This document shows, piece by piece, positions 37,000 through 49,330 of a stretch of 64,000 nt of DNA (positions are counted from its first letter, which is position 1; the number at the start of each line of letters is the position of its first letter). The DNA comes from Antedon mediterranea (Eukaryota; Animalia; Echinodermata): contig NC_092676.1 in the NCBI RefSeq assembly GCF_964355755.1, forward strand, positions 24,632,871 through 24,696,870. The letters are read 5' to 3'. Made by a program: the position numbers and the translations under genes. Under the pieces are notes generated by a model. It was not told the origin of the DNA and searched no databases. It saw only the letters and a program-made list of their open reading frames with translations.

Positions 37000-38255
37000 T
37001 TTTTTTTTTTTTATTTCAATGCTAATAGCCATCGACAAGCACGAACCAACAAAAATCGGTTCATGAATATGATGATATAAACAAAAATGTATATAAAATA
37101 ATAATATAACACTTCCTAGCAAAATAAAAAACCCAATTGGACCCGAACGGGGGAAAGTGTCTATTTACGCAAAATTGCGCAATGTATACGCGATAACAAT
37201 ACCAGAAATAGAAAGATCGGGAAAAATTACATAAAACTACATTTTAAATTAAAAGAATAGGAAATTACAAGGTATCCCCCCAAAACGCAAAAAGGCGTGA
37301 TTTTCAAGAAACTCGTACTCATTGAAAAAAATTTCAAAAAAATATGAAGTATGGGGGATGATATTTTTAAATAATAGTTGAAATGTATGAAAAATAGTAA
37401 TTTTCGGGGTGGAGCTCCACTTTAAAAAATGTAAAGTTCGCCCTCTTTATTTTGTTGAAGAAAACAAAAACAGAGAGGGCTAGGAGAGCAGAGATGATCT
37501 TGATTTAACCACTTTATTTTGCTTTATTTTTACTGTAATATTATTTCATTGAACCAAATTATTAGTTTTCGGATGTGGTACTAAAATGTAAGTATATTGC
37601 TATGTTTTTATTCAGACTATAGGTGTTAAGGCATATATATAAAAAGGCGCTAACTTGCTAGGCTACCACCACCTGTCCTCTAGCTAGCTAGGTAGGGTAG
37701 CCATTTCCTCCCTGATGTGTGTGGATGCGAGAAGGACGATAATGATAAATTGATAGCCAAGGAAGGCAAGGCGTAGGCCTAAGATATTTTATAATTATTT
37801 CAAAATAAATAGTAGATAGTAGATCATTTGCTTAGTTAGTCGTATTGTATAATGGTGATAGGCGTATAATAAATTAACTGTTCTGAGTGAACTTATATAG
37901 GCCTAGGCCTACTCTAGGGCCTATATTTACTAGATCTAAGTATAAAGTATAAGAAACTTATTAACTACTCTCTCTCTCTCTACCCTACTAGCCTAGAGAG
38001 TAGGTTATTAAATAAGTATGTCAAACTGCTGTAGTCTGTCAAATTGTACCACCAGGTATATCAGGAGGAACACATTCCTTTTATTACGACGCTTTCATTA
38101 ATACCATAATTCTGATTAAAAACTTCAAACTAAATAATCAATTTTTTCAATTTTCAAGAAGTATCAATAAAATCATGGAGTAAAGAATACTCCATGATAA
38201 AATGAATTCATTTGACATTTTTTTTTGGAAAATTTTTATTAATCAGCAGGCTGTC

Positions 38256-40790
38256 ATGTGGCAAGGAACATCTGGAAGTCCAAAGCTAGGTCGAGCAGAA
38301 AGGGGAAAGCTACAGAGACCAACAAGTTTTAATCCCCCTCACACCCCACAAGCATTAGGCCTACCTCAACAGCACTCTACTAGGCACACACTAGACCGTA
38401 ATCGAAAGATAGGCCTAGTAAGCTACGGACCAAATTATGGTCGCAGCAAACCACAACAGAGGCATAAAGCCAGCTACAGTGGTGGAATCCGCCAACAACC
38501 AGTACTACCTCAGGTAAAAGAAGCATTTAATGGTTCTAAGGGCGATCTCTTCAGTCAAAGACTAGTCTCCCAGAAGGCCTAGTTATAATCAGTGGCTGTA
38601 ATGGACTAGTACACTGGTTTGACCTACTCGTCTCGAAAGATGTACAGTACTATGTTCTTTGCACATTAGCTAGATGTGTACAATGGACCTACAGTTTATA
38701 GTCCTTATCCAAGAAGACTCGTTCTACCACCAAAACGAGTGAGCCTTGAACCCTTGCAGATGTTATGGCTACGTAAATACGTTTCCACTTGACCGCTCGG
38801 CCACTCACTCAATAACATATAAATGCATTATACTTTGTTTATTGATGATTGTTTACTTGAATACTATATACTTGCAGGTGAAGTTGCCAGAGCTGCCAGT
38901 CCCATGCACTGAACACACATTCCTGACGGATGCTTCTGAAGTCCGTCACATGGAAGAGGGTCTTACACAACTTCTTACAGACTTCCATAATGGAAAATTA
39001 AGAGCCTTCAGTGGTAAGTAATTAGGTTAAATCAGGAATGTTTCTTAAATAGAACTTGGTTAAATCCAAAGTCTGGTATTTTATACTGAATCCTTAATGG
39101 TGTCAGAAGGAAAGGGGGAACCTAGATAAAGTTTGTTTACCAAGTTTTGAATTTAACTATTTTATTTAAAGTTGTGTCTACACTATCAAACTATTTTGAC
39201 AAAAAAAGTGCGATGTGTCCAAATATGGTAGTGATAATGTCCAAATATGGTAGTGATATGACATCACCATGTCCATATATGGGCACATCACATTTTGTTG
39301 TTACATAAAGTTTTATAGTGTAGACAGAGCTTTAGAAAAGCCACTGTTGATATTCATGTACAAATTTTTTCTATTGTAATGTTAACAAATTGTCTACACT
39401 ATCAAACTTTATGTGACAAAAACGCCAAATATTGTAGTGACATGACATCATCGTTTCCATATATGAGGACATCACATTTTTTGTTACAAAGTTTGATAGT
39501 ATAGACAGAGCTTATAGTAAGAACACAAATCATAGTAGAATGTGACAACATCGTAACAATTACTTTTGTTAATATTTGTAGATGACACATGCTCGTTTCA
39601 AAAGATGGAAAATATTCGAGATCTTCAAGAGAAATTATCACGATTGCATTTTGACATGGATGCTAAAATGCAAGAACATGAGTAAGTTATATAATTTTAA
39701 ATTAAATTCTACTACAATATTTATTTTTCAATACCAATCATTTTATTACATAACACTACAGTACAACCTGTTTGGGATATCTCTATTGAAGTCTTGTCTA
39801 CACTATTGATTGTGTCCATATATGGTAGTGCTATGCTTAAATATGGTAGTGATAGGACATCATTGTGTCCATATATGGGCACATCACACTTTTTTGACAC
39901 ATAAAGTTTGATAGCGTAGACAAGATTTTAGATGGTTTTGTGTTTGTTTCAGGTCTACCGTAATTTATCTATGGTTCAGATGTAAATCTTGCTATATAAT
40001 TTTCAAGTTTTTTTAGTTTATATCATGTGTTAATAATAAATATTTTTTTTTAGATTTGGTTCTGAGAAAGCGAGAGAAGCAGCTAACCAAAGTATGGATC
40101 ACCTACTTTCCAATGTAAGTTACCTTTAGAATTCTCAACCAAAGAGCTTTCAATTTGCGACGACCAATGACTAAACTATGTAATTTTAGTGTGTCTTTGC
40201 TCCTCATGTTAACGCAAATTTGATGGTTTTCTGACAACACATCGATTGACCTGACCTAGGTCGGTCGTCAATCCTTGGTTGTCTCAAATCGAAAGCTCTT
40301 TATTATTTTCCCAGGCTACAGGTAATGGGCTAGTTACTTCTGCCCAGGACGTTAAGTTTTTTCTGTATATGTGTTTGTCTGAACAGCCTAATGGGCCACA
40401 GTTTTTATCAGACACTTGTCAAATTACAATGTTCTGCCAACATATTAAAGGTTAAAGGTCTTTCCAAACTTGACTACAATGTTCCGCGACCAAATATATT
40501 GTGATTAAGTCATATTTTGTTCGTCGTTAAATCTAAATTTTAAATATTTTATTGTTCTGGCAGTTAAACCAGCTGAGCATGGCAGTGTATCCTTCATAAG
40601 ATTATAATATTTTGAGGAGGTGAGGGTGGTTTATTTATTAAATTTTTCTATTGTAGAATTGTAAAAAAAGTGTGTTTTTTTTTCTATCTCTTCATTGTGT
40701 TTATAAGCTTTTTAACTCTAAGAAGAAAAATCAATTCTTTCTTAACTAAAAACTATCAGACATAGCATGCAGTCACATAATGATTGTTAA
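38256..40790 (+). CDS. CCDC28: Coiled-coil domain-containing protein 28 (CCDC28A/B orthologue), 202 aa (exons 38256-38513, 38878-39013, 39582-39681, 40054-40114, 40564-40586, 40760-40790)
   Basis: HTFLTDASEVRHMEEGLTQLLTDFHNGKLRAFS, CSFQKMENIRDLQEKLSRLHF and ANQSMDHLLSNLNQLSMAV match the recalled CCDC28 core (HSFLTDV..MERGLL.LLNDFHSGKLQAFG...CSFEQ.EHVREMQEKLARL). The 609-nt frame closes. Probable 5' non-coding exon donor at about 37587. Confidence 0.9.
40142..40280. mobile_element. Small MITE-like element in CCDC28 intron
   Basis: Imperfect TIR AAGAGCTTTCAATTTGCGACGACCAA...TTGGTTGTCTCAAATCGAAAGCTCTT. Confidence 0.6.
40587..40759 (+). other. U12-type (minor spliceosome) GT-AG intron, 173 bp, last intron of CCDC28
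   Basis: Donor GTATCCTT, branch site TTTCTTAAC about 13 nt before the AG, and no polypyrimidine tract (TAAAAACTATCAG). Splicing here restores the frame to the stop at 40788-40790. Confidence 0.88.
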
Positions 40791-42255
40791 GCATCCGTCA
40801 CACTGGACTTGGTAGAAATCTTACATGATGAAGAACCAATGTCTCAACGTAAGTTCCACTACAGTTTAACATTACTACGTTCAAAATCAAAGGAATAAAA
40901 CAAAACGACTGCTTGAGTGCTGCGTTGACCTATGACCTTTTCTTCTACTTTTCATGGTCATCTCTAGTTCAAAATCGAGAAGTTTCACCGAGTGACCGTC
41001 ATACTATACTGTTAGGTCAGCTAAAACTATCTCGCTAAGTTTCACTAGACTGGACTCTGTGAAACTTACTGTAGCTTCTTGTCGGGGATAGTTTGTGTGC
41101 GAGTTAGTATGGTAAAACTTAACAGTCTGTTGTCTAAGTATTATTGCGGCTTCTTTGTTCGGTTCGGATTGTGGATTACAGAGACTTATATTAATTGATC
41201 GCTGGTAATATTTTCGCATCTTGAAAGAGTAGAGCATTACCGTATGAAAAATTACACATTTAATTGGTGCCTGTTAACTTTTGGACATCAATATACTGGT
41301 GCAATATCTGGGGCAGGTGATGTGTTATCAGTGGACGATGTTAAAGCTATACACTTTTTACGTGAAAAAAGTGTCTATTTTTTAAAAGAAGTGACAATCA
41401 ATCATACCAAACTTGCACAGAAAGCGTATGAAACCTGCCAATGAACATCTAAATAGGGACATTAAAATTACTCCATGGATATCTGTCTATTTTCATCATA
41501 TTTTATATGTATAGACATTTTGATAGGACTTAACTTTTTTTTATTTTAAGAGTAAGTATATATAATATATATAAAATAATGTATAGCGTTTGATATAGCT
41601 TTTTATTGTAGCATTGTAGATCACACAATTTACATTGATTCATAGAATTATTAACAAATATTTATACTGCTATACTGCTATACAACATTTAAACGCAATT
41701 TTTTAGTATACAGTGGTTTTGAAAGTATTTTTATAACCTAATTCCGCCGTCACTTAAAAAAAAATGTTTACATATCCATTTTCCTACATCTAGGCCGAGG
41801 CATTTTTTAAAAGTTCACTGTAGATTGTTACCACCCTACTCATTTTAGTGTATTTTACCCATAGATTTACTATACAACTTCTAATCTAATAATGCCTCAA
41901 TTATTCCACCTAATAACATACAGACGTACCCCAATAACCGCCATACAAAAAACTTATAACACAATATTTTATTATTGCATGTTGTGATGATAATAATAAA
42001 CTTTATTCAAATGATGTTTTCACAGTTTTTTTAAATCAATATTTCATTTATTGTACTGTTTTCAGATTATACAGTCGTTTTAAAATATGGAGTATTTCAA
42101 ATCAAATCAATCTCTTTATTCATCTCATCAAAATAATACACATAACAAAAAGGAGTAAAAAATTAAAAGATGAAAGGGACCTAACAAGGGGCTTGTGATA
42201 GAAGGCTAATATTAAGATAATAAATAAATAAAAAATTAAATTTACGTCTTATTGA

Positions 42256-45200
42256 TTATTTTTTGATAACCATGTGTTCTGGGCCGTACGGAAAATGAGT
42301 AATGTTCTCGCAGCCGTCTTCTGTAACCACTATAACGTCATGTTCCCGATATCCGCCGGCAGCAGGATGTGTCTCTGGAAGTGCGATCATTGGTTCAAGT
42401 GACATTACCATGTTAGGCTCCAAAACAGTGTCAATGTCTTCACGAAATTCAAGAGCTAAAATTAAAATATTATAAATAATGTGAGAAACTTATAGCAAAT
42501 GTATTTTATTCACACCACGATCGCACGATCGTTTCTGGGAATGGTCAATATAGAATACTCTGTTATACACTCTTCGTCGAGGAGTCGGCGAATGTTGACA
42601 CAGTAATTATGTAAATGGGGAATAACCTGCGACTTGCAGCCTGCTGGGCTGAATTGCGCACAGGTGTGGACGACACACGCCACAACTGTCTACTCCCCTA
42701 AGGGTCCCTTCGTGTTGATTGCTACTACCAAACGGCGCCCGTTGGTCTTACCACAACGACAGGAGCTGAATGGACCAGTGCACTGGGGCAACCCTCTACT
42801 CTTACGCAAGATGTACTGGGTTCTTTAAAGTGCACACGAGCCAGATGTGTATACACTGGACCTCCAGTTTTTGAGTCCTTATCAGAGAAGATTTGTTCTA
42901 CCACCAGAACAATTTATTTTATTTATTTTATTTTATGTCTTTAGGCAATGTGGCCAAGGATTACCAATAGTGAATTAATCACTGTCCTATCAGATAGGTG
43001 GTAATCCCCCTGATACAGGGGCTATTGTGTGAACCAGTTCACCGGGGTAACCCCCTACTCTTTTTCGAATAATGAACTGGGTTTCTTTAAAGTACACACA
43101 GGTTATAACTGTGTACACTGGACCTACGACAATGGTCGAGGAGTGCCTTAAACCTGTGCCGATTGTATAGCTACTACAGCTACAGCTAGAATGACTACTC
43201 GATTCAAGGTTGTTACTGTGTTCCCAATTGACCTCGAAAGCTAAACTGGAAATGGAGAGGAAGAAAATAAATGGTAACACAAAGATTGTAGCACCACCAC
43301 CGGATTCAAGTCGAGTGCAGTTATATCCGAACGGTTAAAGGAAGAGGCGCAGCAAATCATGGCCTCGATGTAGCCACAAAATCGACACAGGTTGTTCAAT
43401 GCGCACCTATTGACCATGTGATAGAGAATAGATCTATTAATTTACATTCACAGGTGATTATTAATTCAGTGAGAAGTAATACCTGCTTCACGGCCATAGT
43501 AGTGGCTCAACACACCAAACGAATGACCGTATCCAAATGAACGGTATTGGAGAAGGTCATATGATTTGTACACTTCGTTCATTCCATGAGCCACATCTTT
43601 ACACTTTGCTCCGGGCTTTATCAGCTCCTTGCCCGTTTCGAATACTTTACAGTTCGCCTCCCAAACACGAAGGTGATCGTCTGAGACGTGGTCCAGGAAT
43701 ACATTTCTCTCAAGTGCTGAATAGTATCTAAAATGTCATGGAGAATAATTGATAAAGAGGCTTAATTTTTGTTTAAAAGCTGTTAACACCGGCCGATAAT
43801 GGACTAAAATATCGTAAATTTATTCTTTAAAAACATGTTATGATTCAATATCGTATATTGTAACGTAATTTGGATTATAGAATTATTAGATGTTGTGGTA
43901 CATGTATGTCGTAGACTCTCTTTTCCCAGACGGGCTCTGGGGTGTGCGCATGCCCACTCCGAGTTTCCAAATAGTAGTAAACTATAAGCTACCGCATGGT
44001 TACTGTTTCCTAATGCTTCCGTTCTTTTGAATAATTGCCTAAAGAAGCGGCACGAAAAACATAAACGGAATTTTCAGTTACCCTTAACTATAATTAATAA
44101 AGTTAATAAATTATGTACACTAACCCCGCCATCATTGGAAAACAGTTCATGACACAAATGTCGCCCTTTTTAACTTTTCGACTGGTGACAGGATTGTGAC
44201 AATTCTCGGAATTAAAATGTCCAGATTGGAACCAAGACCATGCTAAGGATTAAAAAAATATTAAAATAATAATATCCAACATAGTCTCTTCTTAAATATG
44301 TATTGTTGCCCTGGGGACACATCCTTTGGGGACACCTCCTTTGGGGACACCTCCTTCGAGGACACATCCTCTGGAGACATCTCCTTTGGGGACACCTCCT
44401 TTGTGGACACATCCTCTGGGGATATCTCCTTTTGGGACACATCCATCGAGGACACATCCTCTGTGGACATCTCCTTTGGGGACACCTCCTTTGGAGACAC
44501 CTCCTTTGGGGACACCTCCTTTGGGGACACCTCCTCTGGAGACACATCCTCTGGGGAAACCTCCTCTGGGGACACCTCTATCAGGGAACACTTTCCCGTG
44601 CTACAAGCAAAAGAAAATGTCTGTACGCTACTTACTGTCTTGAAGAGCAATATTCGGACGGCTTTTGGCGATTTCTTTCACCATCGTTTGAACAGCGTGC
44701 AGAGCAATCTCGTGCTCGCCTACACCTTCAGCAAGTGCTTCAATAATCGCTCCACCACCAATGTCCGCAATCCGAGCCCCTTCTTTGATGAGCGCTATCT
44801 CCTCATTCGATTTCACCATCCGTAAATACATGGCGGAATGTCCAATATCTACCACTGTGCTGTCCGGCAAGGCAGTTTGAAGTTTTTGGAAACTATCCAT
44901 ATTGATGTCATCAAATTCACAACCGACTTTTCCTTTTATTTCACCAAGTTCTTGGTACACAGCTCTGTAGTAGTTGTCGCGGTGCCAGTCAGTGTAAATT
45001 ATATTATCACCGACCGTTTTACGCCACGGATAGGCCCCGTTGACTTTGGCAGAAATTGTGACAACTTTGTCTTGTGTAACCACTAACCCATACGGACGGC
45101 CAAAATGACAATACATATAGTCGGAGTAATAATTGACATTGTGATACGAGGTGAATAGCACGCCATTTATATTTTCGGTTTCCATTAGTTTTCGTAATTT

Positions 45201-45982
45201 ACTGATTCTTCCACTCATTTCTGCTTTAGTGAATGTGCTCTCGATCTATAAAATTAAAATATTTATCGTTGGTTAGTAGACCTATACTGTATTTAAATTG
45301 GGACTAGTCTGCTCCAAACTGCCATATTCGGCCCTCTTTGTTGAAGCCACACTATTTAGGCCTAAAGGCGTTTCACATGAAAAGGTTTTTTCTTTTCAAG
45401 TTGGCGCGTAAGACTGCCAAACCGTCATATCTTTCACACAAAAACAACATCTGACCAGGGAGTGGAAGCAGCGAGAAGTAAAGAAGGGAGATTTCGGTTT
45501 TGGCCTACCTTCTCACTCGCATTGAACAAAGTGTTTAAACGTCACTCGTTAAATTCTGTGCCTACAAGAATGATTAATTATCACAATTTTGACACCATCC
45601 CTCATCGTGACGACTAACCGTCATTATGCGTTGTAATAATTCAGTGCAGCCTCTTCGATTTAGGCCTATCTTCTCCTTATTATAGTCGTCACAATCACAT
45701 TCTCTCGCCATCGACCATTCTCCTCGACTCACCATCACCTATCCTTTATAATAAATTCCCATCGTAGGCCTAATATATGAAACTATACTACTAAAGGCCT
45801 ACCTTTTCACCATTTTGGAGTTTTAAAGTGCGAGGCATGTTTTTATTAAACGCTGAATATTCTGGTTGCATCGATAGTCCTCGCCGCACACAACGCCGCA
45901 ACATTGTTGTCAACTTGACAGAACGGCAGACGTCCGATCCATACTTTATGTAAGAAGCAAGCTTAAACCGTTGTAAATACAT
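42256..45982 (-). CDS. Creatinase (creatine amidinohydrolase, M24 pita-bread fold)-like gene, paralog A, about 450 aa (exons 45803-45982, 44636-45245, 44125-44242, 43483-43727, 42256-42455)
   Basis: Spliced ORF of 1353 nt: FTSYHNVNYYSD, FGRPYGLVVT, YTDWHRDNYY, GARIADIGG, WSWFQSG, NCFPMMAGYYSALER, FGYGHSFGVLSHYYGREA, GGYREHD, ENITHFPYGPE. Colinear with Pseudomonas putida creatinase as recalled. Arg-rich N-terminal extension. Confidence 0.92.
42600..43130. mobile_element. SINE-like fragments in creatinase A intron 4 (related fragment at about 38690-38800)
   Basis: Twice-repeated block CCCTACTCTT...ACTGGGTT(T)CTTTAAAGT(G/A)CAC...TACACTGGACCT...AGTCCTTATCC, a dispersed repeat seen three times in the window. 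Confidence 0.5.
44312..44591. repeat. Minisatellite, 15-bp unit GGGGACACCTCCTTT (variants), about 18 copies, in creatinase A intron 2
   Basis: Direct reading. It yields stop-free repetitive ORFs in all six frames. Confidence 0.95.
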
Positions 45983-47368
45983 TTCTAAAAAGTAGAGCCA
46001 AAATAATTCACTTTCTAAAATTAAAATTAATATGCATGAATGATAAACCCAGTCTTTTTATACGGCATCATCTGTTGAGAGATCATGATGTCATCATTCT
46101 GCATGGCATAAACAGCCGGCTTAACGAAAGAATCATTACTTCAAATGCTCATGGCTGTTTTTGTTTAGATTTTTTTTTTACAATATTTATTTTGTATTTA
46201 TTTATTTAATCACACCCTTGTTTACAAGACCAACCAATTCTGGCTTATGAGTGAACCATGGACGTATATTGTATACCTCCACGAGTGAAAAATATAAAAT
46301 AGCAATTCAAATAGAAACATGTACTCAAAATACAATATAAAATAGCAATTTAAATAGATACATGTACTCAAAATTCACAATAACAATAACAAACTGGTTT
46401 GTAAACTGGTTTACAAAAATATAGCCCCTGTATCAGGGGGATTACCACCTATCTGATAGGACAGTGATTCATTTACTATTGGTAATCTTTGGCCACATTG
46501 CCTAAAGACATAAAATTAAAAAACATTACAAATAAAGTGGCCACGCACAAGAGTAAATATCTGATTCAAACATAAACAAAAACAACATTTAACTGGATAA
46601 TTATTAAATGTAAGCTATAATTTTAATCGATTATAAGAGGGAAGTAAGACTAAACCAAGCAGAATTGCTGTATTCATACGTAGTTGTGTCATGTTTGTAT
46701 ATACACATTCATATTTGTTATCTAGTTAAAGCGTGGTTTCCACCTAAAACGCAACGCAGCGATGTATCGACGCAAAGTGCTGTATTAACGTAATCACAAG
46801 TGGGAACCGACGACGCAACAGTGCTGCAAAAATCGAAAATTGATTTCACGCAGGCGGGGGAAAACACAATTATTGGAAGGGTATTTTCTTACATTGTGTA
46901 GGTTGCGTTAGGTTGCGTCGCTAGTGGGAACCAAGCTTTACTTTGCAGATAACTGAAATAAAAACCAAACATCTATATATCAATCAATCAATATAATAAT
47001 ATTTTACATCTCCCTGCTGTAATGTTGGCATATCTACCACAAGCATTATGCTTTTTTGTTATCATGCGTCTTCAAATGTTTTTTTTTTCACCTTCATCTG
47101 GTTTAACTGTCTTTATTGAAGTAAATGAATGTGAATTTGAATGAATGAATTGAATTGTTAGATTATGGTGATAGACACCTATAATAATCCTCGAAGGTTT
47201 CCAAAGCCTATGTTAAAGTGAACGGTTGTCTTTTAACAACAGCTTATTGTGCCACCAAGGGTGCACCGAAGCTAATTTTAAGGTCAAAACGAGATCACAT
47301 TTAATTCTGCACGCTATAATAAAAGAAAAGAAAAAAAAATGTACACAGAATAAATAAACATTTATTCC

Positions 47369-47638
47369 TTATGACCATTTCCGCTCAGGATAGATACATA
47401 TTTTAGAGCAAAAGAGAAGCTACGCGGTTTTCCGCTTACCGTTACCGTCCGTGTGAATTGGCATTTACACAGCAGACGAGCGGTAACGTTAATAAACATA
47501 TAGAATCTTATTCCTCTTATGACCATTTACACACAACACGGAGCGGACGGGTGATTTCCGCTTAGGATAGATACAGATTCTAAAGGACAGGCTACGTGGT
47601 TTCCGCTTATTACCGCTCGTCTGTGTGAATTGGTCTTA
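47369..47638. mobile_element. Degenerate Harbinger-type MITE(s) (GACCATTTACACA...TGTGTGAATTGGTC); related pieces at about 53983-54024 and about 57143-57270
   Basis: Inverted ends, internal CCGCTTACCGTTACCG motifs, and an internal direct duplication. Confidence 0.55.
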
Positions 47639-48066
47639 GATTTATGACCCGCGTTAAATAGGCCTACATGTTGGCGCGTTCAACTGAAATAAAATTGTAT
47701 CAATGGTAATTTTGAAACTAAGTAAAAGCGCTGGTAGGCCCACATTGCGTGGTTTTAGTCGAGTAAAGCTCGAGTCCCACGATCTGGTTTTTTCTTCTGT
47801 CTTCCAAAGGGACTTGTATTGATTGATAGGACGTCATGAGAAGAGTGTTGCAATCCCACAGTCATTTCTTCACTTGGTCACTAATGACCTACTTTTTGAA
47901 TAGAATGTCATAAGCTTGCAATTTAGGGACAATCTTTGTATATTGTAGGTATTCAAGGATTGACCTTGTCAACCATTGTGTAAATACTTTCTCTGCTCTC
48001 TGCTTTGCTATTCATTTATCATTTAGAATTCAATTGTGATATTGTATATTCTTAATACAAATCGAA

Positions 48067-48270
48067 ATGGATTTAGTCTTACTTTCGAAAGTTTTGATCA
48101 TTTTGTATATGGTAAGAGAACTAAATAAACGCAAGCAGAAGAAAAAACGATTGCAAAAGAAACGCAGTGTGTGGGTGAAAACATGGATACAGCGGCGAAA
48201 ATCCCATGGAGCATACCATGATTTAATAAAGGAACTGGAAGTAGAAGACATAGAAAAATATAATAATTTT
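48067..48270 (+). pseudogene. N-terminal fragment of a Harbinger/HARBI1-type transposase
   Basis: KKRSVWVKTWIQRRKSHGAYHDLIKELEVEDIEKYNNF matches the R.WV..W..RR...G.Y..L..EL...D...F/Y pattern. It is truncated into AT-rich DNA with no DDE core. Confidence 0.7.
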
Positions 48271-48929
48271 ATCTATAATTATATATAAATATATAATATA
48301 TTATGACTTTTAATAACACTTTATAATCTTTGTATTCCATTCAACTCCTAACTAAAGTTATTTCAGGTGTCTATAATCATTTTTTGCTTTTTTTTCGACA
48401 AAAATATGGGAATGATGGGAAATGAGATTAATTATCACATACACGTACTGTTCCGCACAGTTCCAATTGCTTTTTTTTTTTGGAGAAAACATATCGTATA
48501 TTGTTAAAACAAATTGAGATTTTAAGATACAGTTTTATATTAACGATAAGATAAGGAAGAGAAAACAGTTTAGTTTATGCAGAATCTTTCAACAAAACTG
48601 ATGATCCGTTTCTGCTGCAAACTTTCAAAAGAATTACCATACGAAACCCGGTTTGGTGGAAAAAAAAAACGCGTTGCTACCGAACCGTTTAAAACCGATT
48701 GAATCTGAATCAATTGAGGTTTTAAACCCGTATTTAAAAAATAGGTTCTTTTTATGTGGACGGACCCGTTTCTACTATATAACAAGAAAAGACCATTATT
48801 TTAAAACGGTATATAAAATTCAAATCCGTATATAAATCATAAGGAATTGATTAAAGGAATAAAATTGGTAATTTTCTGTTGCTTGCCAGGACGGTCAATG
48901 TGTCGTCCGCCGCCTCACCCCAAGGTATA

Positions 48930-49330
48930 GTTGGACATTTGGTAGAGTAGGCTAATATTCTATACTATCATGGAGGTCTATACTGTGTTGGACATTTAGT
49001 AGAGTAGGCTACTGTTCTATACTATCATGGAGGTCTATACTGTGTTGGACATTTAGTAGAGTAGGCTACTGTTCTATACTATCATGGAGGTCTATACTGT
49101 GTTGGACATTTAGTAGAGTAGGCTACTGTTCTATACTATCATGGAGGTTTATACTGTGTTGGACATTTAGTAGAGTAGGCTACTATACTATACTATCATG
49201 GAGGTCTATACTGTGCTAGACATTTAGTAGAGTAGGCTACTATACTATACTATCATGGAGGTCTATACTGTGCTAGACATTTAGTAGAGTAGGCTACTAT
49301 ACTATACTATCATGGAGGTCTATACTGTGC
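48930..49330. repeat. Minisatellite, 57-bp unit (TGTTGGACATTTAGTAGAGTAGGCTACT...ATCATGGAGGTCTATACTG), about 7 copies; a lone partial unit at about 52166-52210
   Basis: Direct reading; variants change progressively along the array. Confidence 0.95.

Noticed and set aside
44212-44825. Protamine-like (CPQRR)n, (EVSPK)n and other low-complexity ORFs
   Set aside because: Six-frame translations of a 15-bp intronic minisatellite between creatinase exons 2 and 3.
48930-49330. Regularly spaced repeats resembling a CRISPR array
   Set aside because: The whole 57-bp unit repeats with no variable spacers, so this is a minisatellite.
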